The notes beneath the pieces were generated by a model. The model worked only from the letters and a program-made list of their open reading frames with translations, did not search any database and was not told the origin of the DNA. The translations under genes were made by a program, and so were the position numbers. Shown one piece after another: positions 63,170 through 64,000 of a DNA stretch of 64,000 nt. Each line of letters begins with the position of its first letter. Within the stretch, counting starts at the first letter, position 1. Origin of the DNA: an uncultured Bacteroidales bacterium (GTDB lineage: Bacteria > Bacteroidota > Bacteroidia > Bacteroidales > JAKIYJ01); contig CAZDEU010000001.1 in NCBI GenBank assembly GCA_964504265.1, positions 4,412 through 68,411 on the forward strand. The letters run 5' to 3'.

Positions 63170-63210
63170 TATTTTTACCTTCCTTTTTATTTTTTATTTA
63201 TATAATAAAT

Positions 63211-63576
63211 TTATTTTAGATTTTTTATATCTAATAAATTTATATTTATTTCCGCTATGTTTAGTAATCCCGTTATAAAATCGTCTTTTGTCATTGTGCC
63301 TAAATGCAATAATTCTACATTTTCATTTATGTATTCTATAACTTTATAATCGTGTAAATGTTCAACACCAGCCCATTCGAGTATCTCGTCTTCATCGGAA
63401 TTATCAATAAAATCGTCTATAACTTCTATCATTTTTTCACTATCAACCGTAATATCAATATCATTTATTTCTTTACAATGTTTACATTCAAGCTCTTCTT
63501 CATAATTGATTATGGGTATTTCTCGCTGTCTGCCCCTAAAATCAAATTTAACTTTTTTCATATTTATTCCTTTCAT
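63211..63576 (-). CDS. hypothetical acidic protein
   Basis: 121-aa ORF containing CKHC. Confidence 0.4.
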   Translation of the reverse strand: MKGINMKKVKFDFRGRQREIPIINYEEELECKHCKEINDIDITVDSEKMIEVIDDFIDNSDEDEILEWAGVEHLHDYKVIEYINENVELLHLGTMTKDDFITGLLNIAEININLLDIKNLK

Positions 63577-64000
63577 TTTTGTTTAAATATATTTGATTTT
63601 GCTTTTTCAATTTTTCCGTCCTTATTTTTACCTTCTTTTATATCATTATTTGATTTGAACTCTGACATTATTCTTTTGTAATCATCTTTATTAATTGATT
63701 TTATTCTCATTCTTTCCGCTTGTCTTTCAGCATATAATTTAACACCATCTTTACCATTTCTACTTCCCATTATATGGATATTACATAATCCTGCTAATTT
63801 TTGGTTATTTGTTGCTGACATACCTAAAATAATATCGCAACCTCTTGCAGGCTCTAATGATTCTGAAAAATGTTCCATTCCTATATCCTCATTATTTATA
63901 CCTTCTCTTGAACTTTGATGTGCTGTCCAAATTGGAACATTTAATTCACCGGCTAAACCTATAATATCTAAAAATATATCCTCAACCTCCAATCTTTTAT
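63573..64000 (-). CDS. DnaB-like replicative helicase, C-terminal part (N-terminus beyond window)
   Basis: LAGELNVPIWTAHQSSREG...ARGCDIILGMS resembles RecA-fold helicase motifs H4/H5. The ORF is open to the window edge. Confidence 0.55.
   Translation of the reverse strand, partial: KRLEVEDIFLDIIGLAGELNVPIWTAHQSSREGINNEDIGMEHFSESLEPARGCDIILGMSATNNQKLAGLCNIHIMGSRNGKDGVKLYAERQAERMRIKSINKDDYKRIMSEFKSNNDIKEGKNKDGKIEKAKSNIFKQK

Noticed and set aside
282-63681. All plus-strand ORFs in the track (e.g. 282..557, 3279..3518, 6485..6808, 7667..8296, 15220..15522, 19655..20020, 32789..33229, 53360..53824, 62520..63026, 63358..63681).
   Set aside because: Each lies antisense inside a longer, motif-supported minus-strand gene. 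Their translations are low-complexity (L/F/I/Y-rich), typical of shadow ORFs in A/T-rich DNA, and none has a convincing SD.
1-64000. Lysogeny or mobility functions (integrase, repressor, transposase) and a large terminase.
   Set aside because: No ORF in the window shows integrase, transposase or terminase ATPase motifs that I can recognise. Mu-like head genes are present, but there is no evidence here for a Mu-type transposition module. The terminase is presumably outside the window.

Overview
This window is a 64-kb slice of a very AT-rich tailed-phage genome. I saw no rRNA, tRNA, CRISPR array or integrase. All roughly 70 credible genes are on the minus strand, so expression runs from high to low coordinates.

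Gene order along the minus strand:
- Replication block: DnaB-like helicase fragment, putative clamp, RFC-like clamp loader, family-A DNA polymerase, dNMP kinase, RuvC-like resolvase. A 7-deazaguanine (preQ0/DpdA-type) DNA-modification island is embedded at 54.5-60.4 kb.
- A run of small early-type genes at 44-50 kb.
- Mu/lambda-like head module: DUF935-type portal, a giant ~3,338-aa MuF-domain protein with HExxH, an ART-like block and a very long ankyrin-like array (31.4-41.4 kb), protease/scaffold, decoration protein and major capsid protein.
- Accessory genes: glycosyltransferases, RmlC, dUTPase, nrdG, and an anaerobic RNR gene nrdD fractured by a split intein plus a free-standing homing endonuclease.
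- Siphovirus-like tail module: major tail protein, G/GT chaperones with an A-AAA-AAC slippery site, 1,781-aa tape measure, and two distal proteins with signal-peptide-like N-termini.

The intergenic DNA is unusually structured:
- About 20 copies of a 32-46-nt all-A/T palindrome.
- Three near-identical cassettes pairing a terminator with a consensus sigma-70-type promoter.
- Four copies of a pseudoknot-like leader with compensatory substitutions.
- A 5-copy ~35-nt motif, three copies of which point against the gene direction inside large non-coding gaps.
- A conserved A/T box directly upstream of many ribosome-binding sites.

Functional calls rest on motifs I recognise in the supplied translations and on gene order. 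No database search was run.
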